Of a stretch of 37,529 nucleotides of DNA, positions 17,057 through 26,356 are shown piece after piece (the first letter of the stretch is position 1; each line of letters opens with the position of its first letter). The stretch is taken from the sequence record SRR31156797_4599. One strand, given 5' to 3'. The notes below the pieces were generated by a model, which was not told where the DNA came from, made no database searches, and was given only the letters and a program-made list of their open reading frames with translations. Position numbers and translations under genes: made by a program.

Positions 17057-17962
17057 TTAGTTCAGTATGTAGCGCATGGGGTTTACCGGCACTCCGCCGA
17101 GTCTCACTTCATAATGAACGTGCGGTCCTGTGGAGCGTCCGGTGTTACCTGCGTATCCGATAAGCTCACCACGGGTTACAACCTGTCCTTTTTTTACTAT
17201 GGGCTGTTTCATATGTCCGTAGCGGGTGGCAAGGTTGGCTCCATGGTTGATTTTTACCAGTTTTCCGTATCCGCCTTGTACTCCGGAAAAGGATATGGTT
17301 CCTTTGGCCGGGGCATAGATGGGGGTACCGGTGGGGCAGGAAATATCTATGCCCTTGTGGTATTCACGTTTTCCGGTGAAGGGAGAGCTTCTCCAGCCAA
17401 AAGGAGAAGTTACCCAGCCTTCAGCAGGCCAGATTGACGGGGTGGCATCCAGGGCGTCCTGCTTGGAGCGCATGGAGTGGATGATTTCCTGCTGGCGCAC
17501 TTCTTCCAGTTTTGCCTCAGTGCTAAGCTGGGCAAGGAAGTCGTGCATTTTGCGGACAAGAAGTTCCTGTCGATATAACGGAAGGTAATTGTTGGAAAAA
17601 TCAGCTCCGGTTGATCCCCCCTTGGGGGCTACGTTTTGAACATTGCCTTGGTCAAGGTTAATCATTACGCGTAGTTTGGAGTCAAAGTTGTGGACTCGGT
17701 CAAGGTCCTGTGAAATGTTCTGCATTTTCTGGGAAAGCGAGATGAGCTGTGCTTTCTGTTCCTGCACAGCTTTTTCTGCATGGGCCAGATTTTTCTCCAG
17801 TCCGGAATAGCCTTGGTAGTATTTCCAGAGGTATATATTTCCTCCGGCTAGTCCTGCGACCAGGGCAAAAATAAAGAAAAATATCCAGCCGCGGAGCTGG
17901 AACTTGCGGGCATTGTCGCAGGGGTTTTTAAATATGACTACGTGGTATTTTTTTAATAGCAT
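17057..17962 (-). CDS. M23 family metallopeptidase (TM anchor, coiled coil, LytM domain)
   Basis: HKGID (HxxxD), YGH, GNTGRSTGPHVHYEV (HxH). Start placed at MLLKKY (17962); the track extends to 18022. Confidence 0.92.
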   Translation of the reverse strand: MLLKKYHVVIFKNPCDNARKFQLRGWIFFFIFALVAGLAGGNIYLWKYYQGYSGLEKNLAHAEKAVQEQKAQLISLSQKMQNISQDLDRVHNFDSKLRVMINLDQGNVQNVAPKGGSTGADFSNNYLPLYRQELLVRKMHDFLAQLSTEAKLEEVRQQEIIHSMRSKQDALDATPSIWPAEGWVTSPFGWRSSPFTGKREYHKGIDISCPTGTPIYAPAKGTISFSGVQGGYGKLVKINHGANLATRYGHMKQPIVKKGQVVTRGELIGYAGNTGRSTGPHVHYEVRLGGVPVNPMRYILN

Positions 17963-18039
17963 GATCTGTTTTTGGCCTTGCTTAATTATGACGTTAAGTT
18001 TGTCTCTGGTTAACAGGCACAATAAATTTTGTAAAATTT

Positions 18040-18789
18040 TTAAGATGTTTTCATGTTTAAGTCAAGCTGCCAGCGTCTTAAAGCATTGAAGGTATTGTTT
18101 CTGGAGCCAGGCATTTTGCGCCATTCATCTTCAAGCCAGTTGTTGATTTCGCTGCGCTTGGTGTTGTCGTTTGAGGGGCACTTGTTGTCCCAGATGGGTA
18201 GTCCCCATTGACGGGCAGCGGCCTTGATATATTTTTTCTCGAGCATTAGTGTTGGGCGGATAAGTCTTAGTTTTCCTTGGAAAAAAGATTCATTGGCTGA
18301 GAGTCCTTGGACGCGTCCGCTTTGGAGCATGTTCATATGAAATGTGGTCACCAGATCATCGGCCGTGTGGCCGAGAGCTAGGTGGGTCAGGTTGTACTGG
18401 TCGCATAGTTCAAACAGCCTCTTGCGTCTCAAGCGGCTGCAATAAAAACATGCAGATTTTTTTTTGTTTTCAGGGCCGTGGGCTCTTGGACCGTAATCAG
18501 TAAGTTCAATATGGGAGGCAACGCCATTCTTTTTGCACCACTGGGTGAGGGGGGCGTGGTTCTCCGGTTTGAATCCGGGGTTAACGTGCAGGACCATAAG
18601 TTCTATATTAAATGGTATGATAGCCTGTCGGATGAGCATGGTGCGGATGAGTACAAAACTATCGACGCCACCGGATACGGCAATGCCGATGCGGTCGCCG
18701 TCTTTGACCATTTCGGTTTTCTGCATGAGCATGCCGACAGTGGATACACATTTTTTTTGTGCAAAGCTCAGTTTTCCCCATTTGGCCAT
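18040..18789 (-). CDS. ttcA: tRNA 2-thiocytidine biosynthesis TtcA-family PP-loop protein
   Basis: SGGVDS PP-loop, CFYCSRLRRK, LGHTADD, IRP, C-terminal KCP. ATG at 18789 with a GGAG RBS. Confidence 0.8.
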   Translation of the reverse strand: MAKWGKLSFAQKKCVSTVGMLMQKTEMVKDGDRIGIAVSGGVDSFVLIRTMLIRQAIIPFNIELMVLHVNPGFKPENHAPLTQWCKKNGVASHIELTDYGPRAHGPENKKKSACFYCSRLRRKRLFELCDQYNLTHLALGHTADDLVTTFHMNMLQSGRVQGLSANESFFQGKLRLIRPTLMLEKKYIKAAARQWGLPIWDNKCPSNDNTKRSEINNWLEDEWRKMPGSRNNTFNALRRWQLDLNMKTS

Positions 18790-18910
18790 ATTGTGCTCCA
18801 AGTCTAACTAATAAGTTGTGGAAAAAATCGTATTTATAATTTATTGATACCAGATTAGCGTTGGTCGGCTATTTCAGACCAACGGGATGGGGATTCTGCC
18901 TTAAAATAGG

Positions 18911-18939
18911 TTGACATGCAAGTTTATATCTCTTATTTT
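18911..18939 (+). promoter_or_regulatory. Putative sigma70 promoter of the DUF4340-rpoZ-dnaJ-moaC operon
   Basis: TTGACA-N17-TATTTT. Confidence 0.55.
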
Positions 18940-18988
18940 AGAAAATTGCTCCGTTGTTGAATAATGTCGTGAGTCTAGTAATCCCAAG

Positions 18989-20308
18989 GTGCTGTTTGTG
19001 CTGAAAAGGTTTTTTATATTTTTGACTCTGGTCTCCATTGTTTGCGGAGCCTTTTATTTGAGTTCGCCGAAGAAGCCGGTTGAACGTGCTGAGCCTGTTT
19101 GGCCTGTTCTTGATAAGGAGCAGGTGGACAGGCTTGACGTGTGCTCGCTTGGGGAGGACTGCTTTTCCCTTGTCCGCAGGACTGATGGCTGGGGAGTAGT
19201 GCAGCATGGCTGGAACGGGACTGTTGAAGCTGACCGCAAGAAGGTGGATTCTCTTCTTGATGTTTTAGCTCAGGATAAGGCCTTACGTTTTTTAGGCCAA
19301 GTCACGGAGCCCATACCTGCTGAGTACGGTTTTGAAGCACCTCTGGTGCGTATTGCTGCCGGTGGGGGGCAGGAGCTGACTATATCTGTTGGAACCGAAG
19401 GAACAGCCGGTGAAGGCTTTTATGCGTTGAATTCCAAGGAAAAAGACAGTCTTTTTTTACTCGGCAAAGAGTTTGTGAGCCGGTGTGAGTTTCCAGCTGA
19501 ACACTATTACAACTTGCATCTGGTTTCAGGAGAGTCAGACGGAGTGGGCTCCATTTCTTTGGGGCATGGGGGCTCTTTCTCATGGACTCTGACCCGCAAG
19601 GAGGGGCCATTTGTCTTTTCTTTTCCCGCTTCTTTCGGGGGAAAACAGGCCAGCAGCAGCGAAGTGGATCTTTTCCTCCATTCTTTGCTTGAGGTGCCTG
19701 CGAAAGGTCTTGTCCCAGATATTCCGAATAAGGAAAGCAGGGTCCTTTTGAATATTGAAATTTCATTACCCGGTAAGAAGGTCGAGACTCTCGAGATTTT
19801 AGAGCCGGGTGAAGGCGAAAAATATTATTTTGCCCGTTCATCATCCCAGAGCGGATATCTGGTTCTCAGTAAAGAACATTACGAGCAATTGGATAAAAAA
19901 GCTTTTGCAATGCAGCAGCGGAATGTTGTCTCTGTTGCCACAGGAAAGCTCGGTTCCGTAAGGGTTGTACAGGGCAATCAGACTTTTACCGGGATTAAAT
20001 CCGATAAGAGTTGGATTAATTTTGAGGATAAAAAGCCGCTACTGGGCATTGACATGTCCTTATGGCGACTTAATGAATTAAAATTCGAGGCGGAACCGAA
20101 GGCAAACCTTTCGGAGACTTCCGAAAAGGTAATGGATCTGGAGTTAATGGATGAGAACGGCTCGCGCGTCGTTAAAGTATCCTTTTTTTCCGATCCTGAA
20201 CTGCCCGACGGGCAATGCTGGCTCTCTTTAGGTGACGGCAGTGGATACTATCCGGTATCTGATAAGCTGCTTGAAGACCTGCAGGGTCAGATTCCTCTCA
20301 GAAAATAA
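18989..20308 (+). CDS. DUF4340-like membrane-anchored periplasmic protein
   Basis: N-terminal TM; repeated units such as LVRRTDGW..ADRKKVDSLLDVL..YGFEAP..ISVG typical of DUF4340. Confidence 0.7.
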   Translation: MLFVLKRFFIFLTLVSIVCGAFYLSSPKKPVERAEPVWPVLDKEQVDRLDVCSLGEDCFSLVRRTDGWGVVQHGWNGTVEADRKKVDSLLDVLAQDKALRFLGQVTEPIPAEYGFEAPLVRIAAGGGQELTISVGTEGTAGEGFYALNSKEKDSLFLLGKEFVSRCEFPAEHYYNLHLVSGESDGVGSISLGHGGSFSWTLTRKEGPFVFSFPASFGGKQASSSEVDLFLHSLLEVPAKGLVPDIPNKESRVLLNIEISLPGKKVETLEILEPGEGEKYYFARSSSQSGYLVLSKEHYEQLDKKAFAMQQRNVVSVATGKLGSVRVVQGNQTFTGIKSDKSWINFEDKKPLLGIDMSLWRLNELKFEAEPKANLSETSEKVMDLELMDENGSRVVKVSFFSDPELPDGQCWLSLGDGSGYYPVSDKLLEDLQGQIPLRK

Positions 20309-20346
20309 CCGGGAACACCCGGTAAAACCATTGTGTTGGAGATCGC

Positions 20347-20568
20347 ATGGCAAGAATCACAGTTGAAGATTGTCTGGCTGAGGTTGGTAACAGATTCCTT
20401 ATTGTCCAGATGGCCATTAAAAGAGTGAAGCAGTACCGCGAAGGTTATACTCCTCTTGTTGAATCCAAAAACAAAGAAATCGTAACCGCGCTCAGGGAAA
20501 TTGCCGCTACCAAGGTTCTTCCCGAGAGCTACCATACTGCTGACGGTAAAAAGCCCGGCAGCGAATAA
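20347..20568 (+). CDS. rpoZ: RNA polymerase omega subunit
   Basis: [28 protein letters not shown]. Confidence 0.96.
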   Translation: MARITVEDCLAEVGNRFLIVQMAIKRVKQYREGYTPLVESKNKEIVTALREIAATKVLPESYHTADGKKPGSE

Positions 20569-20571
20569 GTC

Positions 20572-21693
20572 ATGTCAAAACGTTGCTATTATGAAGTCTT
20601 AGAAGTTTCCCGAGAATCCCAGGAAGGTGAAATTAAAAGGGCCTATCGCAAGAAGGCTATGGAGTTTCACCCTGACCGTAACCCGGGCAATGCGGAAGCT
20701 GAAGAAAAATTCAAGGAAGCCGCTGAAGCTTATGACGTTCTGCGGGATCCTGAAAAGAGGAGTCGTTACGACCGCTTCGGCCATGAAGGCATGAACGGAA
20801 TGAACGGCGGATTTGGTGGATTCCAATCTTCTGAAGATATTTTCGGTGCTTTCGGTGATATTTTCGGCGATATCTTCGGATTCGGTGGTGGTGGCCGCGG
20901 TGCAAACCGCATGCAGGCCGGTTCCGACCTCCGTTACAACCTGACTGTTTCTTTTCGGGAAGCAGCCAAGGGTACTGAAGTTGAACTGAATATTCCTGTA
21001 ACCGATACCTGTGATACCTGCGCCGGCAGCGGTTCCGCTCCCGGGACTTCTCCCGAGACCTGCTCCCATTGTGGCGGCAGGGGGGCTGTAGAGCAGAATC
21101 AGGGTTTTTTCCGTATTTCTGTTCCCTGTCCAGCATGTAACGGACGGGGCAAGGTTATTACCGATCCTTGTCCTGAATGTCGCGGTGCCGGATATGTGCG
21201 TAAACAGAAAGATCTGAATGTGCGGATTCCTGCTGGTGTGGACAACGGCTCACGCCTGCGTCTGCGCGGAGAAGGTGAAGCCGGAATGAACGGCGGACCT
21301 CACGGTGACCTTTACGTGGTTATCACTGTTGAGCCGGACAAAGTCTTCAGGCGGCAGGGCCAGGATCTGGTCCTGAGTACAGAGATCTCTTTTGTTCAGG
21401 CTGCATTGGGTTACAAACTCGAAGTTCCTACTCTGGATGAACCTATTGAGATGGACATCCCCAAGGGAAGTCAGTCCGGTGAGGTTTTTCAGCTTCGTGG
21501 ACTCGGGCTTCCTTATCTCGGCAGTTCCCATAAGGGAGATCTGTTGGTGGAAGTTAAGGTCAAGACCCCGACTAGTTTGAATAGCAGACAGGAAGAGCTT
21601 CTTAGGGAATTCGAAGCCCTTGATGAAGAGAAGCCAATGAAGAAAGTTAAAAAGCTTTTTAAAAAAGCAAAAGATAAAGTGATGGGTGAGTAG
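20572..21693 (+). CDS. dnaJ: Molecular chaperone DnaJ (class A)
   Basis: J domain with HPD, G/F-rich region with DIF repeats, four CxxCxGxG zinc motifs, GDL motifs. Confidence 0.97.
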   Translation: MSKRCYYEVLEVSRESQEGEIKRAYRKKAMEFHPDRNPGNAEAEEKFKEAAEAYDVLRDPEKRSRYDRFGHEGMNGMNGGFGGFQSSEDIFGAFGDIFGDIFGFGGGGRGANRMQAGSDLRYNLTVSFREAAKGTEVELNIPVTDTCDTCAGSGSAPGTSPETCSHCGGRGAVEQNQGFFRISVPCPACNGRGKVITDPCPECRGAGYVRKQKDLNVRIPAGVDNGSRLRLRGEGEAGMNGGPHGDLYVVITVEPDKVFRRQGQDLVLSTEISFVQAALGYKLEVPTLDEPIEMDIPKGSQSGEVFQLRGLGLPYLGSSHKGDLLVEVKVKTPTSLNSRQEELLREFEALDEEKPMKKVKKLFKKAKDKVMGE

Positions 21694-21694
21694 C

Positions 21695-22171
21695 ATGAGT
21701 GAGTTTTCCCACATTGATGCCGAAGGCAATGCCGTAATGGTGGATGTGGCTGCTAAAGCCGATACCAAGCGCACTGCCATTGCCAAAGGAAGGGTCATCC
21801 TCAACGAGGAAACCTTCAATCTTCTCAAGCAGCAGGCTCTCCCTAAAGGGGATGCTCTTGCTTCTGCCAAGATTGCAGGCATCATGGGGGCCAAGGAAAC
21901 TCATCGACTTATCCCGCTCTGCCATCCCATCGCGCTTAGTTATGTTGATGTGCGTTTTGCAATCAACGAAGCTGAACTGACCATCGAGGTGGAAGGCGAG
22001 GCTCGTTGCACCGGGAAAACCGGGGTTGAAATGGAAGCGCTTGTAGCCGTTCAGGTTGCTTGTGCCACCATTTACGACATGTGTAAGGCCGTACAGAAGG
22101 ATGTGATTATCTCTGAAGTGCGACTCGTCTACAAAGAAGGCGGCAAGTCCGGAGTGTTTAAGGCAGAGTAA
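21695..22171 (+). CDS. moaC: Cyclic pyranopterin monophosphate synthase MoaC
   Basis: FSHID..MVDV, KGDAL, LIPLCHP, TGVEMEAL, TIYDMCKAV, KEGGKSG. ATG at 21695 preferred over GTG at 21686. Confidence 0.96.
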   Translation: MSEFSHIDAEGNAVMVDVAAKADTKRTAIAKGRVILNEETFNLLKQQALPKGDALASAKIAGIMGAKETHRLIPLCHPIALSYVDVRFAINEAELTIEVEGEARCTGKTGVEMEALVAVQVACATIYDMCKAVQKDVIISEVRLVYKEGGKSGVFKAE

Positions 22172-22193
22172 GCTTTTTGATATTAGATTCGTT

Positions 22194-22236
22194 AAAGCGG
22201 CAGTACTGATTAATCAGTGCTGCCGCTTTTCTTTCT
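22194..22236 (+). terminator. Intrinsic terminator after moaC
   Basis: AAAGCGGCAGTACTGAT/ATCAGTGCTGCCGCTTT stem followed by TCTTTCT. Confidence 0.8.
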
Positions 22237-22351
22237 CTAAGCTACTTGCGTTTATTCATTAAAATGATTAGTTCGTAGACCAAAGACAATTCCCCTACTG
22301 ATCAGGATGCTTTTCAGTAGTTATGTAAATCTCAAAACAGAGGTTCAGTTC

Positions 22352-24058
22352 ATGTCAGAACATGTAGTTGTCATTGGTGCTGTTGCACTTGGTCCCAAAG
22401 CGGCCTGCCGTTACAAAAGAATCAGGCAGGATGCCCGTGTTACCCTTATCGACAGGGACGAAATTTTTTCCTACGGCGGTTGCGGTATTCCTTACTTTGT
22501 TTCTGGAGATGTGTCCGAGGCCAATCAGCTTCGTACTACTGCTTTCCATATGGTTCGCGACGAGCCGTTTTTCAACGACATCAAAGGTGTGGAAGTGCTT
22601 TCTTCCACTGAAGCCACCAAGATCGACCGTGAAAACAAGCAGGTTCAGATCAAGAATCTGAAGACCGGTGAAGAAAGTGTTTTGGATTACGATCAGCTCG
22701 TAATCGGTACCGGAGCCACTCCCCGCAAGCTCGGCCTTCCCGGTGAAGACCTTAATAATGTTTTCTACGTCGGCAATATGCATGATGCTGAGAAAATTAA
22801 GGAAGGCATCACCAAGGGGCAGTATGGTAAGGCAGTAGTAGTTGGTGCCGGGTTCATCGGTCTTGAGATGGCTGAAGCATTTTCCGACATGTGGGGCATT
22901 GAAACCACTGTTGTTGAAATTTTTGACCAGATTCTGCCCCGTATGTGCAGCCCGGTGCTGGCAAAGATGGGCCAGAAGCATATGGAAGAAGAGGGTGTTT
23001 CTTTCAAACTCGGTCAGACTGTTTCTAAGATTGAAGGTGACGGTAAGGTAGAGCGCGTAATTACCTCTGACGGGGAAGTTGAAGCGGATATTGTAATCAT
23101 TTCTGCCGGTGTTATTCCCAATGACAGCCTTGCCCGTGACTGCGGTCTTGAGTGCAGCGAGCGTGGCGGTGTTATGGTTGATGAGACCATGCGCACTTCC
23201 GACCCTTTGATTTTTTCTGGTGGTGACTGTGCTATAATTAAGAACGTGGTTGACGATTCCCCCCTGTTCCTGCCCATGGGCTCCATGGCTAACAGACAGG
23301 GCCGGGTGATCGGTGGTAACCTTGCGGGCCGTAAAGAAACTTTTCCTGCGGCTGCGGGTTCATGGTGTGTTAAGATTTTCGAGCGGGCCATGTCCGGTAC
23401 CGGTATGAGCCTCGGTGCAGCAAAGCAGGCCGGATTTGATGCTATCAGCGTTATGCTGATCATGGCTGACCGTGCTCACTTCTATCCTGAAAAGGATATG
23501 ATGACCCTTGAAATGGTTGTGGATAAGGCAACCCGCCGAGTCCTTGGTATTCAGGGTATTTCCGCAGGTGGCGACGCCCTTGTCGGACGTATCAACGCAG
23601 TGGCTGCGATTATGAAATTCCAGCCTAAAATTGAAGATGTCAGCAATCTCGAAGTTGCTTACTCCCCGCCGTTTGCCTCCGCCATGGACGTGCTTAATGC
23701 TATTGCCAACATGGCAGATAATGCAATTAATGGAATGAACCATGGTCACGGCCCGGATGTTTTTGCTCAGTATTGGGATGATCGCAAAAGCGGTGAATAC
23801 TGCTTCCTTGATGTTCGTGAAAAAGCAGATGCCGAGCCTTTTCTTGAAAAGTATCCCGAGCATTGGCACAACATTCCTCAAGGCGAAATTCCCAGAAGGT
23901 ATGAAGAATTGCCTAAGGACAAGAAACTGGTGCTGGTCTGCAACACCGGTGGCCGTTCTTACGAAGCACAGATCATGCTTGATGCTCTTGGCTTTGAAGA
24001 AGTCCATAACACTCAGGGCGGGATGGCGGTTATCAAGGCTTACGGCGTTGATATATAA
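22352..24058 (+). CDS. FAD-dependent pyridine nucleotide-disulfide oxidoreductase of the CoA-disulfide reductase/NADH oxidase family with a C-terminal rhodanese domain (Npsr-like)
   Basis: SYGGCGIPY single redox Cys, GAGFIGLE NAD-binding motif, GGDC, YSPPF, rhodanese LDVRE..VCNTGGRS..GGM. ATG at 22352 behind GAGG. Confidence 0.88.
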   Translation: MSEHVVVIGAVALGPKAACRYKRIRQDARVTLIDRDEIFSYGGCGIPYFVSGDVSEANQLRTTAFHMVRDEPFFNDIKGVEVLSSTEATKIDRENKQVQIKNLKTGEESVLDYDQLVIGTGATPRKLGLPGEDLNNVFYVGNMHDAEKIKEGITKGQYGKAVVVGAGFIGLEMAEAFSDMWGIETTVVEIFDQILPRMCSPVLAKMGQKHMEEEGVSFKLGQTVSKIEGDGKVERVITSDGEVEADIVIISAGVIPNDSLARDCGLECSERGGVMVDETMRTSDPLIFSGGDCAIIKNVVDDSPLFLPMGSMANRQGRVIGGNLAGRKETFPAAAGSWCVKIFERAMSGTGMSLGAAKQAGFDAISVMLIMADRAHFYPEKDMMTLEMVVDKATRRVLGIQGISAGGDALVGRINAVAAIMKFQPKIEDVSNLEVAYSPPFASAMDVLNAIANMADNAINGMNHGHGPDVFAQYWDDRKSGEYCFLDVREKADAEPFLEKYPEHWHNIPQGEIPRRYEELPKDKKLVLVCNTGGRSYEAQIMLDALGFEEVHNTQGGMAVIKAYGVDI

Positions 24059-24077
24059 CATTAGTAGAGTTGTATTG

Positions 24078-24118
24078 AAAACGTCGTCTCTTCATAAGGG
24101 ACGGCGTTTTTTTGTTTT
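24078..24118 (+). terminator. Intrinsic terminator
   Basis: AAAACGTCGTCTCTT-cat-AAGGGACGGCGTTTT followed by TTTGTTTT. Confidence 0.8.
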
Positions 24119-24294
24119 AATATAGTTTGTTGGCTGTATTTGGGTTGAGGGGGGACCTGATTACTAGCATTGAAGTATTTTTTTGAATTTGAAGTTGCTA
24201 TGGTTTTTTATTTATTTTATTGTATAGAGTAGAAATTAAACAAATTGCTGGTCTTCAATTATATTTAACTTTGATACTGTGTAAGTGAGGGGAT

Positions 24295-24690
24295 ATGAGG
24301 TTTCTAATTATTGACGATGACGAAACCGTCCACATGTACCTTGGTAAACTGCTCTCTCCGTATGCCCGCTGTGAGGCAGTGTTCAGTGGACCTGACGCTA
24401 TTGAACTCTACAAAAAGGCCTATGAAGATGAAGACCCGTTCGATACGGTGTTTATGGATATTCTTATGCCTGAAATGGACGGTCATGAAGCTACCAAGAA
24501 GTTGCGTGATTTGGAAAAGGAATTGAAAGTGGATGGGCCGGACGAATTCAAGCTGGTCATGATTACTTCCCTGAAAGATACCAAGAATGTAAGTCAGGCC
24601 TTTTTTAAGGGCTATGCAAGCTGTTACATCGTAAAGCCTTTTAACAAGGTGCAGGTCATGAATGAACTGCGCGAGAATAATATTCTTTAA
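24295..24690 (+). CDS. Single-domain response regulator (CheY-like receiver)
   Basis: LIIDDD, FMDILMPEMDG, MITS, YIVKPF; GAGGGG RBS. Confidence 0.92.
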   Translation: MRFLIIDDDETVHMYLGKLLSPYARCEAVFSGPDAIELYKKAYEDEDPFDTVFMDILMPEMDGHEATKKLRDLEKELKVDGPDEFKLVMITSLKDTKNVSQAFFKGYASCYIVKPFNKVQVMNELRENNIL

Positions 24691-24714
24691 AAATTTTAAC
24701 TAACAAGCTGTCTT

Positions 24715-24750
24715 AAAAAGCGGGGCCTGTGGAGGGCCCCGCTTTTTTTT
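24715..24750. terminator. Bidirectional intrinsic terminator between convergent genes
   Basis: AAAAAGCGGGGCC-tgtggag-GGCCCCGCTTTTTTTT, with A and T runs on either side. Confidence 0.88.
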
Positions 24751-24751
24751 A

Positions 24752-25897
24752 TTACAGAAGTTCGTCAATGACGGAGATGAAGAAGCTTGCCGCAACAGGC
24801 AGGATTTCATCGTTGAAATCGTATCTGCTGTTGTGCAGGGCGGCGGAGTCGGAACCGTTACCGATCCAGACATAGCAGCCCTTGGTGTGTTTCATGAAGA
24901 ATGCATAGTCTTCCGCAGCCATGGATGATTCCATGTTTGTGACGACGTTGTCTGCGCCGACAACCTTTTTTGCTGCTTTCAAGCCTATTTCAGGTACCGA
25001 GTTGACCAGTACCGGGTGCTTGCGGACATAGTCCAGCTCTGCTTGAACCCCGTACATGGTTGCTGCACCTTTGGCCACCTGACCGATGGATTCCTCAATA
25101 AGATCCTGAACCTCTTCATTGCAGGTACGCACGTTACCCTGAACCATGACCCGGTCAGGAATGCCGTTGCGCATGCTTCCGCCGTGGACCTGCGTGATTG
25201 AGATTACTCCGCGTTCATGGGAAGGAACCTTGCGGACGATAATGGACTGCAAGCCCTTGATGATGTCCGCTACAGCGGCAAATGGTTCGTTGCTCACGTG
25301 AGGCATGGAAGCATGTCCGCTTTTCCCGGTCACGTGGATTTCAAAGCGGTCCTCGGAAGCCATGCAGGCCCCGTTGTGGACGGCAATTTTTCCGGTTTCA
25401 AGCCCGGGCCAATTATGGAAGCCGAACATATAATCCACTTTGTATTTATCAAAGAAACCGTCTTCGATCACCTTGAGTGCGCCTTCGTATCCTTCTTCTC
25501 CGGACTGGAAAAGAAGCAGTACTGTGCCGTTAAAATCACGGTGTTTTGAGAGATAGGCAGCAAGGGCAATCAAAGAGGTGCAGTGACCGTCATGACCGCA
25601 GGCGTGCATTCTGCCATTTATTTGGGATTTGTGGTCGAAGTCGTTTTCTTCGCACATCTCAAGAGCGTCGAAGTCAACCCGGAAGGCCACAGTGGTGTCA
25701 CCTTCACCGCCTTTTATTTCAGCCACAACTGAATTAACACCGCAGTCGGAATGAGGGATGGAGTACTCATCAAGTTTGGACTTGATCAGTTTTGCGGTTT
25801 CCACCGTATCAAGACCCACTTCGGGCTGGCGATGGATATTCCGGCGAATCTCTTTCATTTCATCTAGAAGGGCGAGAACTTCGGAATTCAAAGCCAT
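24752..25897 (-). CDS. M20D family amidohydrolase (hippuricase / N-acyl-amino acid hydrolase-like)
   Basis: RRNIHRQPE, RVDFDAL, MHACGHDGH, FQSGEEG, GFHNWP, GHASMPH, AEDYAFF, LHNSRYDFN. Confidence 0.93.
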   Translation of the reverse strand: MALNSEVLALLDEMKEIRRNIHRQPEVGLDTVETAKLIKSKLDEYSIPHSDCGVNSVVAEIKGGEGDTTVAFRVDFDALEMCEENDFDHKSQINGRMHACGHDGHCTSLIALAAYLSKHRDFNGTVLLLFQSGEEGYEGALKVIEDGFFDKYKVDYMFGFHNWPGLETGKIAVHNGACMASEDRFEIHVTGKSGHASMPHVSNEPFAAVADIIKGLQSIIVRKVPSHERGVISITQVHGGSMRNGIPDRVMVQGNVRTCNEEVQDLIEESIGQVAKGAATMYGVQAELDYVRKHPVLVNSVPEIGLKAAKKVVGADNVVTNMESSMAAEDYAFFMKHTKGCYVWIGNGSDSAALHNSRYDFNDEILPVAASFFISVIDELL

Positions 25898-26356
25898 CTA
25901 GATGTCTCCCATGAACTTGAGCACGCCCTGCGCAATAGCGGCAGAACCGATGTAAGTGGAAATCATGACAAAGATACTTACAATGACAATGCGCCAGCCG
26001 CTTTTCTTGAAGGTATCGAGGTCCTTACCGATTGCCACACCTGCGTAAGCAAGAATAGGAGTGGTCAGAGCCAGAAAGTGGACCTTGGCTACGTAAGCAT
26101 TAACAGTTTCGGATAGGGGGAACCCCGGAAGGCTGACAATTACGCCGTAAGTAATGACGAAGAGTACGGAAGGAATCTTCTTGAACACAAACATATTGGT
26201 GGCAACACCTGCAACGCAGAGCAGGAGCAGAATACCCATACCGGGAAGTGCTTCTACAATGTTATTGTTGAAGCCGACATGGTTTCCGATAAGAACCATG
26301 ACGCTAACGAGAACGAGAACGGCAATGGATTCTATAAGGTTCTGTTGCTTAGTCAT
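25898..26356 (-). CDS. Small multi-TM membrane protein, probable partner subunit of the DUF3100 protein
   Basis: 152 aa with 4-5 hydrophobic helices, FLALTTPILAYAGVAIGKD motif. Start overlaps the DUF3100 stop (TAATG); stop abuts the amidohydrolase ATG. Confidence 0.85.
   Translation of the reverse strand: MTKQQNLIESIAVLVLVSVMVLIGNHVGFNNNIVEALPGMGILLLLCVAGVATNMFVFKKIPSVLFVITYGVIVSLPGFPLSETVNAYVAKVHFLALTTPILAYAGVAIGKDLDTFKKSGWRIVIVSIFVMISTYIGSAAIAQGVLKFMGDI

Noticed and set aside
20805-20900. Repeated GATATTTTCGG/TTCGGT units in dnaJ
   Set aside because: These encode the normal G/F-rich DIF repeats of DnaJ; not a CRISPR array or independent repeat.
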